A stretch of DNA of 62,954 bases, filler included, from Saprolegnia diclina VS20 (GCF_000281045.1; 5 parts of 4 records of this genome joined end to end with filler, not necessarily neighbours in it), one strand, 5' to 3'; shown: positions 46,110 through 59,936, counted from the whole stretch's first letter. Program-made: numbers and translations. Notes: a model not told the origin generated them from the sequence alone.

Positions 46110-46965
46110 TTAGAGGCCAAAGCCCACGAGCTCCTTCGTGTCGTCGTCCAGCGCGTGCAAATCCTCCCAGAGAATGGGCATCGAGAGCTGAATGTCGTCG
46201 CTGATCCAGGCAAGATGGCTCGCCAACGGCGTCATCTTGGTCGCTGGCTCCAACTCGATGACGCGCTCTTCGTCTGGCGCCAGTGGAATGGTGGCATCGC
46301 CTGTCGTCACTGCCGGCTAGTAGAACGTATGAGCTCCCATGCTTGTAGGTTGTGTACCTTGACGTTGGAGTACCAATGGTTCTTGATCGCATTGTCCGTC
46401 CTAACCATACGTCTGAGCCCACGGTAGCGTGAAAAGGGTCTACCGCCCCGGCAGTTGCTTCATAATGTGCGCCCAGCGGTTGCCGTAGCGTGCTTGGAGC
46501 TCAATCAAGCGCTTGTCCTCGTCCGGCGTCCACGGGCCCTTGTTGATGTGCGGGCTCAAGTGGTTGTGCCATCTACCGCACGCTGACGCTGAGGCGGACT
46601 AGCAAGACGAGGATACCTCTCTCGACACTGCTTGCCGTTGCGGCCAGGAATGTACGAGGCGATAAAGCCCCAGCGCTTCGGGCCGTGGGTCGCCACGATG
46701 CGCTCGAGGAGCTCGTCCTCAAAGGCCAGCCACGGACGCTTGAGCTTGGACGTGCACGTCTGCAGCTCGTGCCAGCGCGCGTTGCACTCGGCCGCGCTCC
46801 GGTTCTTGATGACGTCGCCCACAAGCTTCCAGCGCCGCGCCCCGTACATGAGAATCGCCCGCCGGAGCTTCTCGTCCTAGGATCATGCCTCACGGACTCC
46901 ACCCAAGGACAGTCAAGTACCTCGTCCGAGGTCCAGAGCCCCATCTCGCTGCTGCTGCGGACCAT
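46110..46965 (-). CDS. Three-repeat (R1R2R3) Myb transcription factor, multi-exon
   Basis: WTSDEDEKL..W..RSAAECNARW; W..EDELL..W..RNGKQCRERWHNHL; WTPDEDKRL..GNRWA..LPGRTDNAIKNHW. Confidence 0.92.
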
Positions 46966-47077
46966 GTCGCGACCAAGGTAGTTGCCAACTGACGCGACAT
47001 ATTCGATCGCCGATCAATATTGACAGCTCGGGACAAGCGTATCCTGACCTGTCTATCTAAATATATTCTCGATCAAT

Positions 47078-47945
47078 ATGGGCGACAAGCAAGCCACCTG
47101 CTCGCTGTGCCACCGGTCCTACGGCGCTGGCTTCGAGTCGACCTCGGGCAACGTTTGCACCTGCTTGACGTGTGCATCAAGTGATGGAGGGATGGCGCGT
47201 AGGACATCTGGCGGGCCCGCCGCATGCTCCGGCGGCGCGGCCTCGTCGACGACGAGACCGACCTCGACGACAACGACCATGGCAACGGCCCGCTGATCGG
47301 TAGCTCCAACGACGGCGTCGCCCGCGTCTGCGTCTTTTGCGCCCAAGTACGTTGCCCCCATCCACGCCTCGACACCAACTGGTCTAGTTTGTGACAACCG
47401 CCGTCACGCGCGACTGCAGGCGCCTCGACGAGACGCGGTGTGCGCTGCAGCGACCGTCGACGACGAATCGTCGCGCGATGAGTCTCGTCGTACGTCATGA
47501 CGCAAGCGCCAGCATCGACAACTCGATCGAGACGCTGCGGTCGCTGCCCAACGACCTCAACCGCATTCTCCACATTCGTCCGTCAACGTCGGCGAGTCCG
47601 CGCGCGACGCTCTGCAACCTCAAGCACCAGCAGCAGCGCGAGGTAGTCCCGTCGCCAGCGTCGTGTCATGCGTGTCGATGACTACACTAGGCGCACGCCA
47701 TCGCACAAGATCTGCATCCGCGAAGAGCGCGTGGCCGTCAACCAGTGTCTGTCGGCGCCCCGACCTCCGCGACCCAGTTTGATCGGCGTCGGCTGCTGGG
47801 GCCGACGCCGGTCGTACCACCGGGTGTCAAGACGAGGCCGTACGTGACGACAACGTCGCCTGTCCACCACTTCAAAGCCGGCACGCTTGTGACGACAACC
47901 AGCGGACGGTTTGCGCGGCTGGAGGTGCGCTGGCCGGCGCTGTAG
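47078..47945 (+). CDS. Hypothetical spliced protein
   Basis: Coding-like GC-rich segments separated by short intron-like stretches; N-terminal CSLC..CTC; no family recognised and exon structure uncertain. Confidence 0.35.
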
Positions 47946-48041
47946 CCGACGCGATAGGAAGCATGCACCGTGCGTCTATTCTCGCAAATACAGAGTTTTA
48001 TCGTAGACCTAAGTCGGCGGCGGACGGGTTCGAAGTGGCGC

Positions 48042-50165
48042 CTACAAGTTGTTGACTTCGCGCAGCTGGTGAAACTCGTTTTGGAGCGTCTCGTGGCGAA
48101 AGTCGAGGCGCATGTCGGGCACGTTGGTCATGCGAATGTCTTATTCACGTCGTCATCTCAACGTGAATCTCAAAAACGGCGCGTACCGTTGCCGTTGGAG
48201 CCTGGCTCAAAGTAGCTTTTGCCCAAAAAGTGCTGCTTGAACGGGTGCTCGAAACCCGATTGCAGTACCGAGTTGCGCGCGATCTCGCAAATGTCGGTGC
48301 CCGAGAGCTTCCACACCTGCGCCGCGACGCTGTACTCCTCCAGAAGCGGGTCCTTGGTGTAGTGCAGCATGAGCGGGTCGTCCGTGCTCAGCGACACGTT
48401 GAGGCCGCGGGCAAAGTACTGCGGGAACGGGTTGCGCTGGAAGTCGAGGAAGAGCTTGTTGTTGCTCAGCGGCGACATGGCAATCCCGATCTGCGTCAGG
48501 TAGTAGAGGTACTGCAGCGACACGGTCTTGCGCAGCGTGATACCGTGGTTGATCTAAAAAGTATCAACATATCAAGATGGAAAAAGAGATGGACACGCAA
48601 GCTTACCCCGTTGGCGCAGAGAAACGCGGCCGCCAAGTGGTCCGGGTCGCCGGCCTCGCCGCAGTGCGGACGAAAGCTAAAGGTCGAGAGGCCCTTGGCC
48701 TTGCGGAAGGCGTTGAGCGACGCGATGTTGGCGTAGAGGTAGTACGTCCAATAGTCGTACGGCGGGTTGTGCTCGTGGGTCCAGTTTGCGGGCGGCGGGA
48801 GCGGCTTGCCCTTCTCGGCGCGGATCGGCTCAGTCTTGCTCTCGTCGTCGACGCAGTCAAACCCAATCACGGCCTGGAGAAAGCAGTGCAGCGCCGGGTT
48901 CGAACTCGGGTCCTTCGTGACTTCAAAGAGCGGGAGGAAGATGTTTTCGAGCATTTGCTCGAAATTCTCAACGTCGCCCGACCTAACGTCGTGTGCGATT
49001 CCCAAATGTGGAGATTCGATTCGTACTTTTTGTACAAAAAGTACAAGCGCGGGATCTGGATCATCCAGCGCACGTGCGGCGACGCGAGGCGGTTGACGTA
49101 AAACCACTTGGCGAGCTTGTCCCACTCCGAGTGCTTCCGGCCGTAAATCGAGAGCCGCCACTCGACGAGCTGGTACTTGGACGCGTGCAGATCGCTCATG
49201 ACCTCCTTCGTAATGTCGGCCAAATAGCTAATTCATCCTAAGAAAGCTGCCAGCGAGGATCGATGTACCGGCCACCGATGAGGTTGTCCGTCTTGAGAAA
49301 GATCTCGCGAAGGCGACTCTGCCCCGCGGGGTTGTACTTGAGGTTGAACCGGTCAAAGCGGTGGAACGTGTTGGACGCGTGCATGTCGAGCGTGTCGACC
49401 GAGAGGTCGTACGCCGTGAGGTTGAGCGAGTGGAAGACCTCGCTCAGCGTCATGAAGCGCCCGTCGCGGAAAATGACGATCTCGCCCGGGTGGTTCTTAA
49501 GGCGCGACTTGATGAACCGCAGCAGATGCTTCTGGTTCATGCACGCCGAGTGGTGAATGTGCGTGTCGACCTTGCGGATGTTGTAGAAGTCGCGGTGCGG
49601 CACGGCCTTCTGTGACGCGAGCTCGCGGTCTGCGTTGAGAAGCGTGTGCAGATTGAAGCGCGCTTCGAGTAGCTGCAGCCGCTTGAACGAAAAGGTCTAG
49701 ACGCCCGCCATGGAAACCGTGCGGTCAACGAGAAGCAAGTACCTTGACCGGACCCGAGTTGACAATGCGCTTGACCTCGAACCAGTCGTCGTAAAACTCT
49801 TCCTGCGAGTGCGGCGTGTAGATCGGGTCCGTCGCGCCGTCGTTGAGCACGACGATGACGCCGTTCTGGACGCGGATCGCGTGCGTCGACCCCGTCGGTG
49901 TCTATCATCGTATCAAGAAAGATGATGAGCCATCGCTGGATGCGCTCGAGTTACATGATCGTACCGCAATGTCAAAGATGTTGTACGGCAGGTCGTCGCG
50001 ATGGCGCAGCTGCGGGCGCGAACCACCCGGCGTAAGTGGCGGCTCGGGAATCTCGTCATGCGGCTGCATCAAGAGCGCGTTGGCGGCCATGTACTTCTCG
50101 CGCAGCGCAATGCACTTGAGGATGCCGTGGCACACGTCCTTGGTCTCCGGGTCGTGCTCGTCGTC
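48042..50165 (-). CDS. AMPD: AMP deaminase (5' end lost at contig edge), multi-exon
   Basis: [60 protein letters not shown] signature, [13 protein letters not shown]. Confidence 0.96.
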
Positions 50166-50265
50166 NNNNNNNNNNNNNNNNNNNNNNNNNNNNNNNNNNN
50201 NNNNNNNNNTTAATTAATTAANNNNNNNNNNNNNNNNNNNNNNNNNNNNNNNNNNNNNNNNNNNN
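50166..50265. other. Artificial contig linker N44-TTAATTAATTAA-N44
   Basis: Same six-frame stop spacer. Confidence 0.97.
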
Positions 50266-52253
50266 GTGCATCTTTGATGATAAGACAGCTTGTGATTGGC
50301 CGGGATCGCGCCCTGTGGGCACCTCTGGCAGCATGCATCCAAGCTTTGCGAAACATGGGGCGAACACCTCTATAAATGAATATGAATGTACTCTAGAAAA
50401 TGATATCATAGGCACGCTGTTGCGCGACGCGAGATGGGGCAATGGGACTTCACATGTAGCGCGGCGACACGAGAGAAGTGAAGAATTTACAATATTATGC
50501 ATATTAGTAGTGCTACTCCTACTTGCGCTTCAGTACAACGTCGTGAAACGTAATGTAGCTCATGTCATTGACCTACAGGCGGCCCCTTCGCAGGTGTCAT
50601 CGTGGACTTGGTCGCATGCAAAAATCCGCGCTCGTATGCACGCTCGCGCGACACTGCATCCGTGGCAGTCACATCGAGTGCTTGGTGGCCTGCAGCGGAC
50701 GCCACTGTTACGATTATCTTGTGGGCTTTCAAGAACTTGGTGGCATCGCATTTCTGCTGCAGGTCGAACGAACGCAGCTTCCGCAAGGGACCTATGCGGC
50801 TGGCCGGGATGCCTCAAACCATATCCACTAGAGACTGTATACGTTGTACTTGGACAGCCCGAATTCAGCTGGGACGGGGTTGAGGCGTTCACCCCATGTG
50901 AACGTCGCTGCCGGTGCGGCCCTCAGCAATCACAAGCTCACGCGCTGTGCTGGCTCGACGTTGGGTCGACATGGACTTGCGAAAGCTTGCTAAGCACGCA
51001 ACTAAGACAGGGCATCGTCATTGCAGCGCGATATCACGGGCATTCGCTTACCTCGAGTGACGTTGCCCTCAAGAGGTCCTTGCGTGGCAGCGGGACCGAC
51101 ATCGCTAATGCCTACTGGGTGCTTATGTCCGTGACGCCCTTGTGTCGCGCTGCACTTGCCTGGACTCGCTGGTTGTTGGCAGGCGTCGCTATCGTTCGCA
51201 CAGGCTTATCATGCTCTGTCGTCACTAGCTCGGCTCCTCGGCCTCGGCTCCCCGGCAAGGATCGTGGCTGGCGCCACCATGGTCTCCCGTTGCTTCGTCG
51301 CCAGGTCGCGCTGTCGAGCTCCGTGGATGCAATCGCCCGAGGTCGTTGCTAGTGTTTCTGTGCTGCCACTGCCGCCACTGCGTCGGTCTTGGTGTTGGCG
51401 CGCTGCCAATCTGATTCGATCCAATGTGCCACCGGACCGCCACTTTGCGCTGCATGCGTCGAATACAAATTTCAAGTTAAATTTCCAGATGTTTCCGTAA
51501 ACGTGTGGAATGTTGGCATATATTACTGGTAGGAGCCTCGCCACGAGCGATTAATGCCGTCTTTGTCATTCTTCTTGTATTCTTTTGTGTTTCTGTCCGC
51601 GTAGTATTTGATTTGACCTCGCAGCGACGGGTACGTTCTCATTGGCCAAGTGCAGAAAGGGCAGGCATTGCGCAACGCAGAAAACGCGCGCGATTGCTNN
51701 NNNNNNNNNNNNNNNNNNNNNNNNNNNNNNNNNNNNNNNNNNNNNNNNNNNNNNNNNNNNNNNNNNNNNNNNNNNNNNNNNNNNNNNNNNNNNNNNNNTA
51801 ATGGGGCAAAAAAGACCACTCTTAACGTTAATACTACCATCGCATAAAGTGAACTACTATACGTGATTGGTAAACGTATTTCGCTCTGGAATCAAGTCTT
51901 ACAAAGCTCGTATAATATTCCATTTTTCGCGCGACACTAACACTATACCATACCCTCGTGAGTAGCTCCGAGTCGCGCTTGCCCGGTCTTTCTTGTTTAT
52001 CGAGACACAAAGGTGAGCCTAGTGGCCCTATGGCCACACCTTTAGCGAAAGGGTGTTTGTAACTGGTGTTAGACGAACCGTAGCTAGCCGGATCATCTAA
52101 CCGATTTCGTCAATTGGTTAGCCAGCCCTGCTCTCACCGGCAGCCCACTCTCTCAGTCGCACAACGTCGAGGCTACTGCAAGCTCATCGCTGCAGACCCA
52201 GACTTGTGCGTCTAGACACGCGCAGCCACGCTCAGCCACCAGTCTCGGCTGTG

Positions 52254-52820
52254 GAGCGACAACACCGACGAAGAAGGCGACGGCTGCGCCCACGAGCCTT
52301 GCCAACTTGTACAAATACACGTGCTTTGATCCACCACTTTGACACCAACTGAAATTCATTTGGAAGAATCGCTCACATACAATGTCGGGATCATCGATGT
52401 TGACAGCGATGACGAGCTCGATATATGGAGCCCACTCGATGCGCGAGGTGATGCTGTGCAGGAACACCCAAGGGCCGTCTCTCGATCCTACGCAAGCGCG
52501 AGCTGCTCGGCCTCGCCGAGACGATCGGGGGCAGTACAGAAAGACGCCCTGCACGATGGAAGAATCGTACTTTCGCTGTGCGGTCAACTAGCTCGACCAC
52601 CAGCCCGACTTTGCGGCTCACAATTCGATGCTCGAAGATGTCTTTGATGATAGCAGCCACTTGATGGACCCCCTCCCCAATGTCATCCCAAGTTCAACCC
52701 GATAGTGAACTATTGGGGAAGTGCCAAGTGCCGTTTCCAAGAAGTGGAAGAGGTTTTCCGCGCAAGGCCGAGCGTTCTAGAAGACCAAGATATGGAAGCA
52801 CGCACTTTTACAAGATCCAG
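52254..52820 (+). mobile_element. Degenerate Tc1/IS630-like DDE transposase relic, copy 1
   Basis: ARRCL**QP..LPKCHPKFNPIVNYWGSAK resembles the PKFHxELNPIExxWG third-catalytic-residue motif; contains stops. Confidence 0.55.
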
Positions 52821-52938
52821 NNNNNNNNNNNNNNNNNNNNNNNNNNNNNNNNNNNNNNNNNNNNNNNNNNNNNNNNNNNNNNNNNNNNNNNNNNNNNNNN
52901 NNNNNNNNNNNNNNNNNNNNTAAACAGGACGCCGAGGA

Positions 52939-53531
52939 GAGCGACAACACCGACGAAGAAGGCGACGGCTGCGCCCACAAGCCTTGCCAACTTGTACATA
53001 TACACGTGCTTTGATCCACCACTTTGACACCTACTGAATTCCATTTGGAAGAATCGCTCACATACAATGTCGGGATCATCGATGTTGACAGCGATGACGA
53101 GCTCGATCTATGGAGCCCACTCGATGCGCGAGGTGATGCTGTGCAGGAACACCCAAGGGCCGTCTCTCGATCCTACGCGAGCGCGAGCTGCTCGGCCTCG
53201 CCGAGCCGATCGGGGGCAGTACAGGAAGACGCCCTGCACGATGGAAGAACCGTACTTTCGCTGTGCGGTCAACTAGCTCGACCACCAGCCCGACTTTGCG
53301 GCTCCGAATTCGATGCTCGATGATGTCTTTGAAGCCACTTGATGGCCCCCTCCCAAAGTTCCATCCCGAGTTCAACCCGATAGTGCCGTTCCAAGAAGTG
53401 GAAGAGGTTTTGCGCGCAAGGCTGAGCGTTCAAGAAGACCAAGATATGGAAGCACGCACTTTTACAAGATCCAGGCGCAGAGCAAGCGGGCTCGAGCCAT
53501 CCACGAATTTGTAGTATCAGTCAAAAGCTAA
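52939..53531 (+). mobile_element. Degenerate Tc1/IS630-like DDE transposase relic, copy 2 (direct repeat)
   Basis: Highly similar to 52254-52820; LPKFHPEFNPIV followed by a short deletion. Confidence 0.55.
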
Positions 53532-56500
53532 GCTTCTGCAAGTACCTTGCATTCTTACGGCGACATATGCCGCATCTGCGCGGCAACCAAGGCCCCAAGC
53601 TTAGTCTATCAATGGTGATTTCCAGCTCGGTGCGCCTCAAGGAAGGCGCTCAGTGGCTGGCGTCATCATTGACGAGTCCGACACCGTTCGCACGCTTGCC
53701 CGGCCCCGACGAGCGACGATCAGCTGGCGCACGCGACGATGGCCGTCGGGCGTGCGACGCACCGTGGTGACCTTTATTTAGCCAAGACGCCGACACCCTT
53801 CGCATCTACGCCTCCAGCGCGAGCATCGCGCACGCAACCGCACTGCGGCCACTCGGTCGCTATACCAGCATACACGAGCAGCAGCCCAAGAGCGCGCTCA
53901 GGATTCTACCTACTACTACCAAGGGCACTGGCGATTTACTAGCACGCAGTATCTAGCGCCCCTGCCAATTGCGTCCCTGGCGCTCGTGGGTGAGTGCGAT
54001 ACGGTCCGTTTTCCCTACCCGTCTCGGCACCTTGTTTTTTGCTCAACTGGCGCGTCAACTTCGCTCTGTGTCTGTCTACATCTACACGTTCGGCTCCGCG
54101 ATCTCAGTGTGTACGACGAGGGTGCANNNNNNNNNNNNNNNNNNNNNNNNNNNNNNNNNNNNNNNNNNNNNNNNNNNNNNNNNNNNNNNNNNNNNNNNNN
54201 NNNNNNNNNNNNNNNNNNNNNNNNNNTCGCTCTGTGTCTGTCTACATCTACACGTTCGGCTCCGCGATCTCAGTGTGTACGACGAGGGTGCACTTGCCTT
54301 GGGCATTGACCTGCTCAACAACGCCGACAAGTTTTCCCAACAATGCGACGTCATCAGTACCGCAGCTCACAAGACGTTCGCGGTTTTTGTTCTTCTTTTC
54401 TCCCTCGCGACGGCAGCCTGCGACGTCACTGGCGCCGTCGCAGCCGTCACAAGCTTTCCGGGCGCAGACTCGCGACCCAACTCACGGCCAGCACGGCAAT
54501 ACGACAGGCCATCGAAGGTCGCAGTCAAGGCGGCAGTGACAGCCACGCCGACTAGGCACGCTCGCCAATTCCGTCAGACGCTCTGGCTGCGCCTCTATTG
54601 ATGACGGTACAAATGGTGCACCGGTGTTGACGGGCGGCTGCGCATTCAGACGGTCGCGATAGCCCTCACTAACACCGCCCGGCGGCGCGCTGGGGGGCTT
54701 TGAGGGCGGACTTGGAGCTGTGAAGCTGCCAAGGTGGGTACTCGTATGTCCCACCCTAGACAAATCACGCAACTACAACCTCTCGGTTCGACAACAGCGC
54801 CGGCACCAGCGACTCTGTCGTCTCGGCGTAATCACCGCAACTGGTCCTGTGCGTACTTCCGGGCGAGGCCAAGCTACTCGCCACTCGGACTGTCAAGGCA
54901 TCTTCGGACGTGATCGAGGCAAACGCTTCTTGGTTTGCGTGCATCTTCACACNNNNNNNNNNNNNNNNNNNNNNNNNNNNNNNNNNNNNNNNNNNNNNNN
55001 NNNNNNNNNNNNNNNNNNNNNNNNNNNNNNNNNNNNNNNNNNNNNNNNNNNNGCGGCCGAGTTATTCGCCACTCGGACTGTCAAGGCGTCTTCGGACGTG
55101 ATCGAGGCAAACGCTTCTTGGTTGGCGTGCATCTTCACACGATGACATGCCGTCAAGCATGATTGTCAAGAAGCGACTTGATGGTTCTGATACCAACGTC
55201 AATGGGATGGGACAACACCACACCTCCTGCGTGTGAAGCAGGAATCAACCGACTGGATAAAGGACGGTCGACTAGGTGCCATCTGCATCTTGACAACGGT
55301 GACATCCGGGTCGAGGATAGTGTGCCGCCCGAGTTTACGGCGTACACGATGGTTGACATTTTAGCGGCGCTCGCTACATGGCTCGACTGAACCAACCACG
55401 AGGCACGTCTACGTCTGGAGTTCAAGCAAGACCGGTTCACCCAGCGGCCCATCACAATAGTCAGGCGGCGCCGTTGTCCTGCTGCTCTTGCTCAAGTCCC
55501 TCTGTAGCATGTTCAGCACTTCGAGCGGCGTTGTCATCGGTACATGTATGTGTACGCAGCTGGGCTTCCACCGCATCTTGCAGAGTTGCCGTCAAGAAGT
55601 ACAAATCTCTCCGATCCATTCCATCGGAGAATCTCATGGAACGCCTAGAGGTCGAAGTTACAGCAAAAAACGATAGAAATCAACGTATATTTGCTCTTCT
55701 ACTCTCCGTTGTATGATTTTCAGCCCTCTGCGGCGGCAAACCGATTCTGGAAAGGATTTAGGCTTTCTAAATTTTCCGACCAAATTTGTCCACTTTGACC
55801 AAAAGTGTCGGGTTAAGATGCGGGCCACTATAGAGAAACGTCAATGCTGGCGACCGAGGGCTGTGTTCGAGGCAAGGAATGACGCGTGGGCCACCTAAGC
55901 TTTCCACGTCGCGACAGCAAACGCGAGTGCGACCGCGTACGAGTGGTACTTGAGCTTGAGCTTCTTTCGGATGCGGACTGCGTTGTCAGACCGTTCGATG
56001 AGTCCGATACGCATGTGCACAACGGACATGTCGGCAGCGAGGTCGCGAAACAATGGCCACGCTTCGACCGCGACGGGTTTCACTTGGGCTATGATGAAAT
56101 CGGGAGCTTGATGACACCGTTGGAATTAGATAGGTCGCGAGCGATGGCATCGAGAGGTCGCGGCACATCGTTTCCGTTTGCTATGCCGTGGGCGACGTTG
56201 GCGTTCTCGTTGCAAAGAACTTGGCCCGGCGCACGGAGCACAAAGTGTTGAAAGACTCGGGGAGACACCAGTGATGTGGCTCAGGGTTCGGTGTGTACAA
56301 TCAAATCGGTTGTCCTCACAACAAGCAACACAGATAGCAGCGGCATCAACGCAGCCATGGCCGAGGTATTTGCAGCGGCCAAAAATAACGTCGTGCTACG
56401 CTGGCGACGGGTGCTTATGGAAGAGGTTCGTCCTCAGCTCGCGCACATGCTCGAACAACCTTATGTCTACCCCGAGCTCTTTGACCAGTTTGTGTTCGCG

Positions 56501-57701
56501 CGCCGGGGAGCGCCTTCATGAGCCCATCCGTTATGAGCTTATATACCATTTTCGCGGGCCATCGTGGGGATAGCAATCGGGTACACGAAATCACGTGCGG
56601 CGACGCGAGCGCCTGACTCATGAGAGTGCGCGTCAGTCGTCAAGCAATCGGGCAGCGGCCCTCGCCGACCAAAGGTATAGCCAGAAGCGAGGCTGTAATC
56701 GTGTAGTTGAGGACATAGAAACGTGGCAGCGGGCATCGCTTGGTCACGGGCAGAGGTACATAACCTGGTTACATGCGGCAGCTCCAACGAGCGCGAACGT
56801 GATGGGCACATCGGGCGACACTGCTGCAGTTTTTCTCGACACCTGCGGGGTTGTGCAACTGACAGCAACCACTTTTGGGTTGGCGCTACACATCGATCTC
56901 TCGGCTCCCACCGGCTAGTGGGGCTTCACCGACGCATTCTGCGTAGTCGGCAACGCGATCACGCGGCTCGTCCAAGGCGTATCTCCGAGCAGCATCATTT
57001 TCAGCACAACTCGGCTCACGCTCCCCTTTGGGCGCTTCAACTACAAGTGTGCATCGAGGAATGTATCCTCATCGAGCTCGCGCCAACATTTACATGCTCG
57101 TAACACTGGAACCAAAACGTCATCAACGAGAAGGCGACCCATCCATGATCGGTCAAGTTCTCTGTGCCAACGGCCTCGTTCGGAACCTCGAGTTTGGTGT
57201 CGTCTATATGCTCACCGAAAAAATTGGCGCGCGCCCATGCATGTTCATGCTCACGGCCGATCCGCACCACGTTTTGCGGAGCGAGGAACTTTGCTCGCGC
57301 ACGGCCGTTCATCAAGACCAACACAGTTTTCTACTGGGCGCTCGCTTAATTTGGCCTCGCGCAGGCTTCCGTTCCCGGCCCGAGCTGACCTCGACGTACT
57401 GGACGCGACCTTTTCGGTGGCGCGCTTCGAGCACGTCCCAACGTACGTTTTTGTCAACTCCTCCCGGTCATCTACACGCTAAATATGGACGCCGACGCTG
57501 TCGGCATCGCCATCATTGACCATTGGCACGGTTCATTCGACTTGCTGACGTGGAAGAGGAGGCTAGCAAGGCAACGACGATGCAAAGCTGATATCGACAC
57601 CTCCGTGAACACCCGCGAACGCTTGGGTGTTGATCTCACGGCGTGAGAGTGGTGTGGTGATGTGGTCTGCACATCCCAATGACGGTCGTGGCGTGCCCCA
57701 G

Positions 57702-57801
57702 NNNNNNNNNNNNNNNNNNNNNNNNNNNNNNNNNNNNNNNNNNNNTTAATTAATTAANNNNNNNNNNNNNNNNNNNNNNNNNNNNNNNNNNNNNNNNNNN
57801 N
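57702..57801. other. Artificial contig linker N44-TTAATTAATTAA-N44
   Basis: Same six-frame stop spacer. Confidence 0.97.
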
Positions 57802-57809
57802 TGACTAGG

Positions 57810-58064
57810 TACATACTGGAACGGTCGGGACCAAGAACGACGCGGATGCGCGTGCTTCTCTACAAGGCACCATGCGTCGACGCCACCGGCGAGTACATGA
57901 CGTGGCATGAGGAATTCTGCCAACTCGACAGCTCGTTTCGCCACATACCCAAAGCTGATCGGTGGAGTGCCCACCAGCTCTTCAAGGACGACTACACGGC
58001 GACGTACCTCAAGGAACACTCGCACGAGATTGGTCTGCATTTGCTCCCGACGATATCGAACTAG
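57810..58064 (+). CDS. Last exon of a bZIP-like family paralog (rest beyond contig edge)
   Basis: YILERSGPRTTRMRVLLYKAP..TWHEEF..IGLHLLPT matches the last exon of 58738-59936. Confidence 0.65.
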   Translation, partial: YILERSGPRTTRMRVLLYKAPCVDATGEYMTWHEEFCQLDSSFRHIPKADRWSAHQLFKDDYTATYLKEHSHEIGLHLLPTISN

Positions 58065-58737
58065 CCCATATTATGTCTTCTATATTGGTGTATTCGACTG
58101 ACACGATATCACTTGCCCACTGGATGGTACGAACTTACGTCTTGCCGACGTTGACGCACACATGTCATCGCACAACTCTCAATGCCCGCAAAAATGTTCT
58201 TGCTTCCAAAGACGCCTGGCACAAACATGTATGCCGACGGTGTGCCATGCGCTGGCAACATGAAGCTGTCGTGAAGCCTGGACAAGGGTCCACGGGGGAT
58301 GTCGCTCAGTCGTCTCAACTCGTAAAAAGGGATGTGATAAGCGTCAATAGACTACGTCTACAGCCTACAACACAGTGTTCCCACCATTTAGTGCGTCCCT
58401 GGGCTCGGATTCGCTTGGTTGGCTTGGTAGATGGGCGTCTTCAGGCCGGGCTACCGGTGGCAGCCAAGCACAATAGGTAGCAGTCTCCAGTGTACCCGTT
58501 CTCGGTCAGAGCACGTCCCTTCTACACGAGCAGCCTCCAAACGAGGTGGCCATCGAGGAGCTCTGGGGCCATGATGTGCTCGAGGCAGCGTAGAAGCCAC
58601 AGAGGCGATTGGTGACTCACGGTAAACCCGTCGTCGTTGGACGTGGTGGTCGGCCAACATGTCTTCGAGTCCCTGTCGCCTCTTGCAGCACAATGCAACA
58701 CCGTGCCGTTCATGATATATATGTATTCAGCGTACGA

Positions 58738-59936
58738 CTAGACAGTCGGAAGCAAGTGCAAACCGAGGCGTTGCGAATACTGTTGCAGCATAGTCGCATG
58801 GAACCCGTCCATGTAGCGCTGGTATGCCGCCCATTCGTCGGCTTGAGGCTCCAAAGCCAGCATGCTCTGGGCGTGTCGAAACTCTTCTTGCCATGAAGTG
58901 CGCCGACCGCCAGCGCCAATGCACGGCGCGTTGTAGAAGAGCACCCGCAGCCGCGTCGTCGTCGGACCGAGGCGGTCGAGCGTGTGCCTAGTACGCCGTA
59001 GGATCCCACCGCAGATGGGGTGTGTACGCACCAAAAGAGACGGGGACGCCACGGCATACTGCGGTCGTGAAGCCGCGAAAAGATGTTGCCCGAAATGAAC
59101 ACAACTCGGTTTGGTCCGTGAAATTCGCGTCCAACGAAATGGTCGACATTGTCGGCGGTGCCAAGCTGCATAAGAAACAGATTGGTATCGATCGCTTGCA
59201 ACGCCTACACGCTTAGATATCAGCAGGCGCATGTGAAGTGAGTTGACGACCTCCGAATCCATAAAAGACAACGGCCTGGGTTCATTGTCCCCGCGCAGGA
59301 TCGACCAGATCGTATTCCGCAGGGCCGAGTACGCAGCTTCGAGTGGCAATGCAATGTCGACCTGCAGACGCGCGGTAATATCGAGCAAGTCGTCGCCGCA
59401 GTCGATCTCGACGTGGTCCATGACACGCAACGACGACGACGGAAACGACGCGTGCGCCAGCATCCGGTCCGTGTTGTGAAAGAGGCGCTGGCTGAACCAA
59501 TCAATGCTCGTGCGGCGCGCGATCGGGTCGGTCGGTAGCAGCACGTGCTGCCACGCAAACGGCTCGCTCGCTGCCTAATTTGTTGGATGATCAAAGTGCA
59601 AACTCAGAAAGGCCATACCGGCACGTTGTAGCGGCGATTAACCGCCGCAGCCCAGGACGCGAGGCAGTGTCCGAGCCTCTGAAGTTGTTCGCGTTGAGTG
59701 AGTAGCGCGGCGTTGGTCATCAGTGCATCGTCGGCGGCGTCGTGCAGCGCCGAGGCGACTTGTGTCCACGGCAGAATGGTCTTGGAACGAGGCTTGTAGT
59801 GCGTGATAAGCTGCTGGAGCACATACACTTGATGCTCGAGGTCTCGGTGCACGTTGGCTTCGCGGGCGCGGCGGCGCTGCTGCTTGAGGCGGCGCTGGGC
59901 GCGACCGTGGTCGTCACTGTCGCCCTTCGGGGGCAT
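58738..59936 (-). CDS. Oomycete expanded-family protein with basic/coiled-coil (bZIP-like) N-terminus, multi-exon
   Basis: RAQRRLKQQRRRAREA..LEHQVYVL, LPWTQVA, WQHVLLPTDPIARRTSIDWFSQRLFHNTDRM; paralog of 60336-61575. Confidence 0.72.

Noticed and set aside
50315..51352. 345-aa ORF
   Set aside because: Non-ATG start, composition unlike the genuine genes here, no motif, and located in a degenerate repeat-rich contig.
54061..54292. 66-nt direct repeat on either side of a 100-N gap (similar case at 54878-55140) as a CRISPR-like or tandem array
   Set aside because: Only two units separated by Ns; most simply unmerged contig overlaps or a collapsed tandem repeat. Eukaryotic context with no cas genes.
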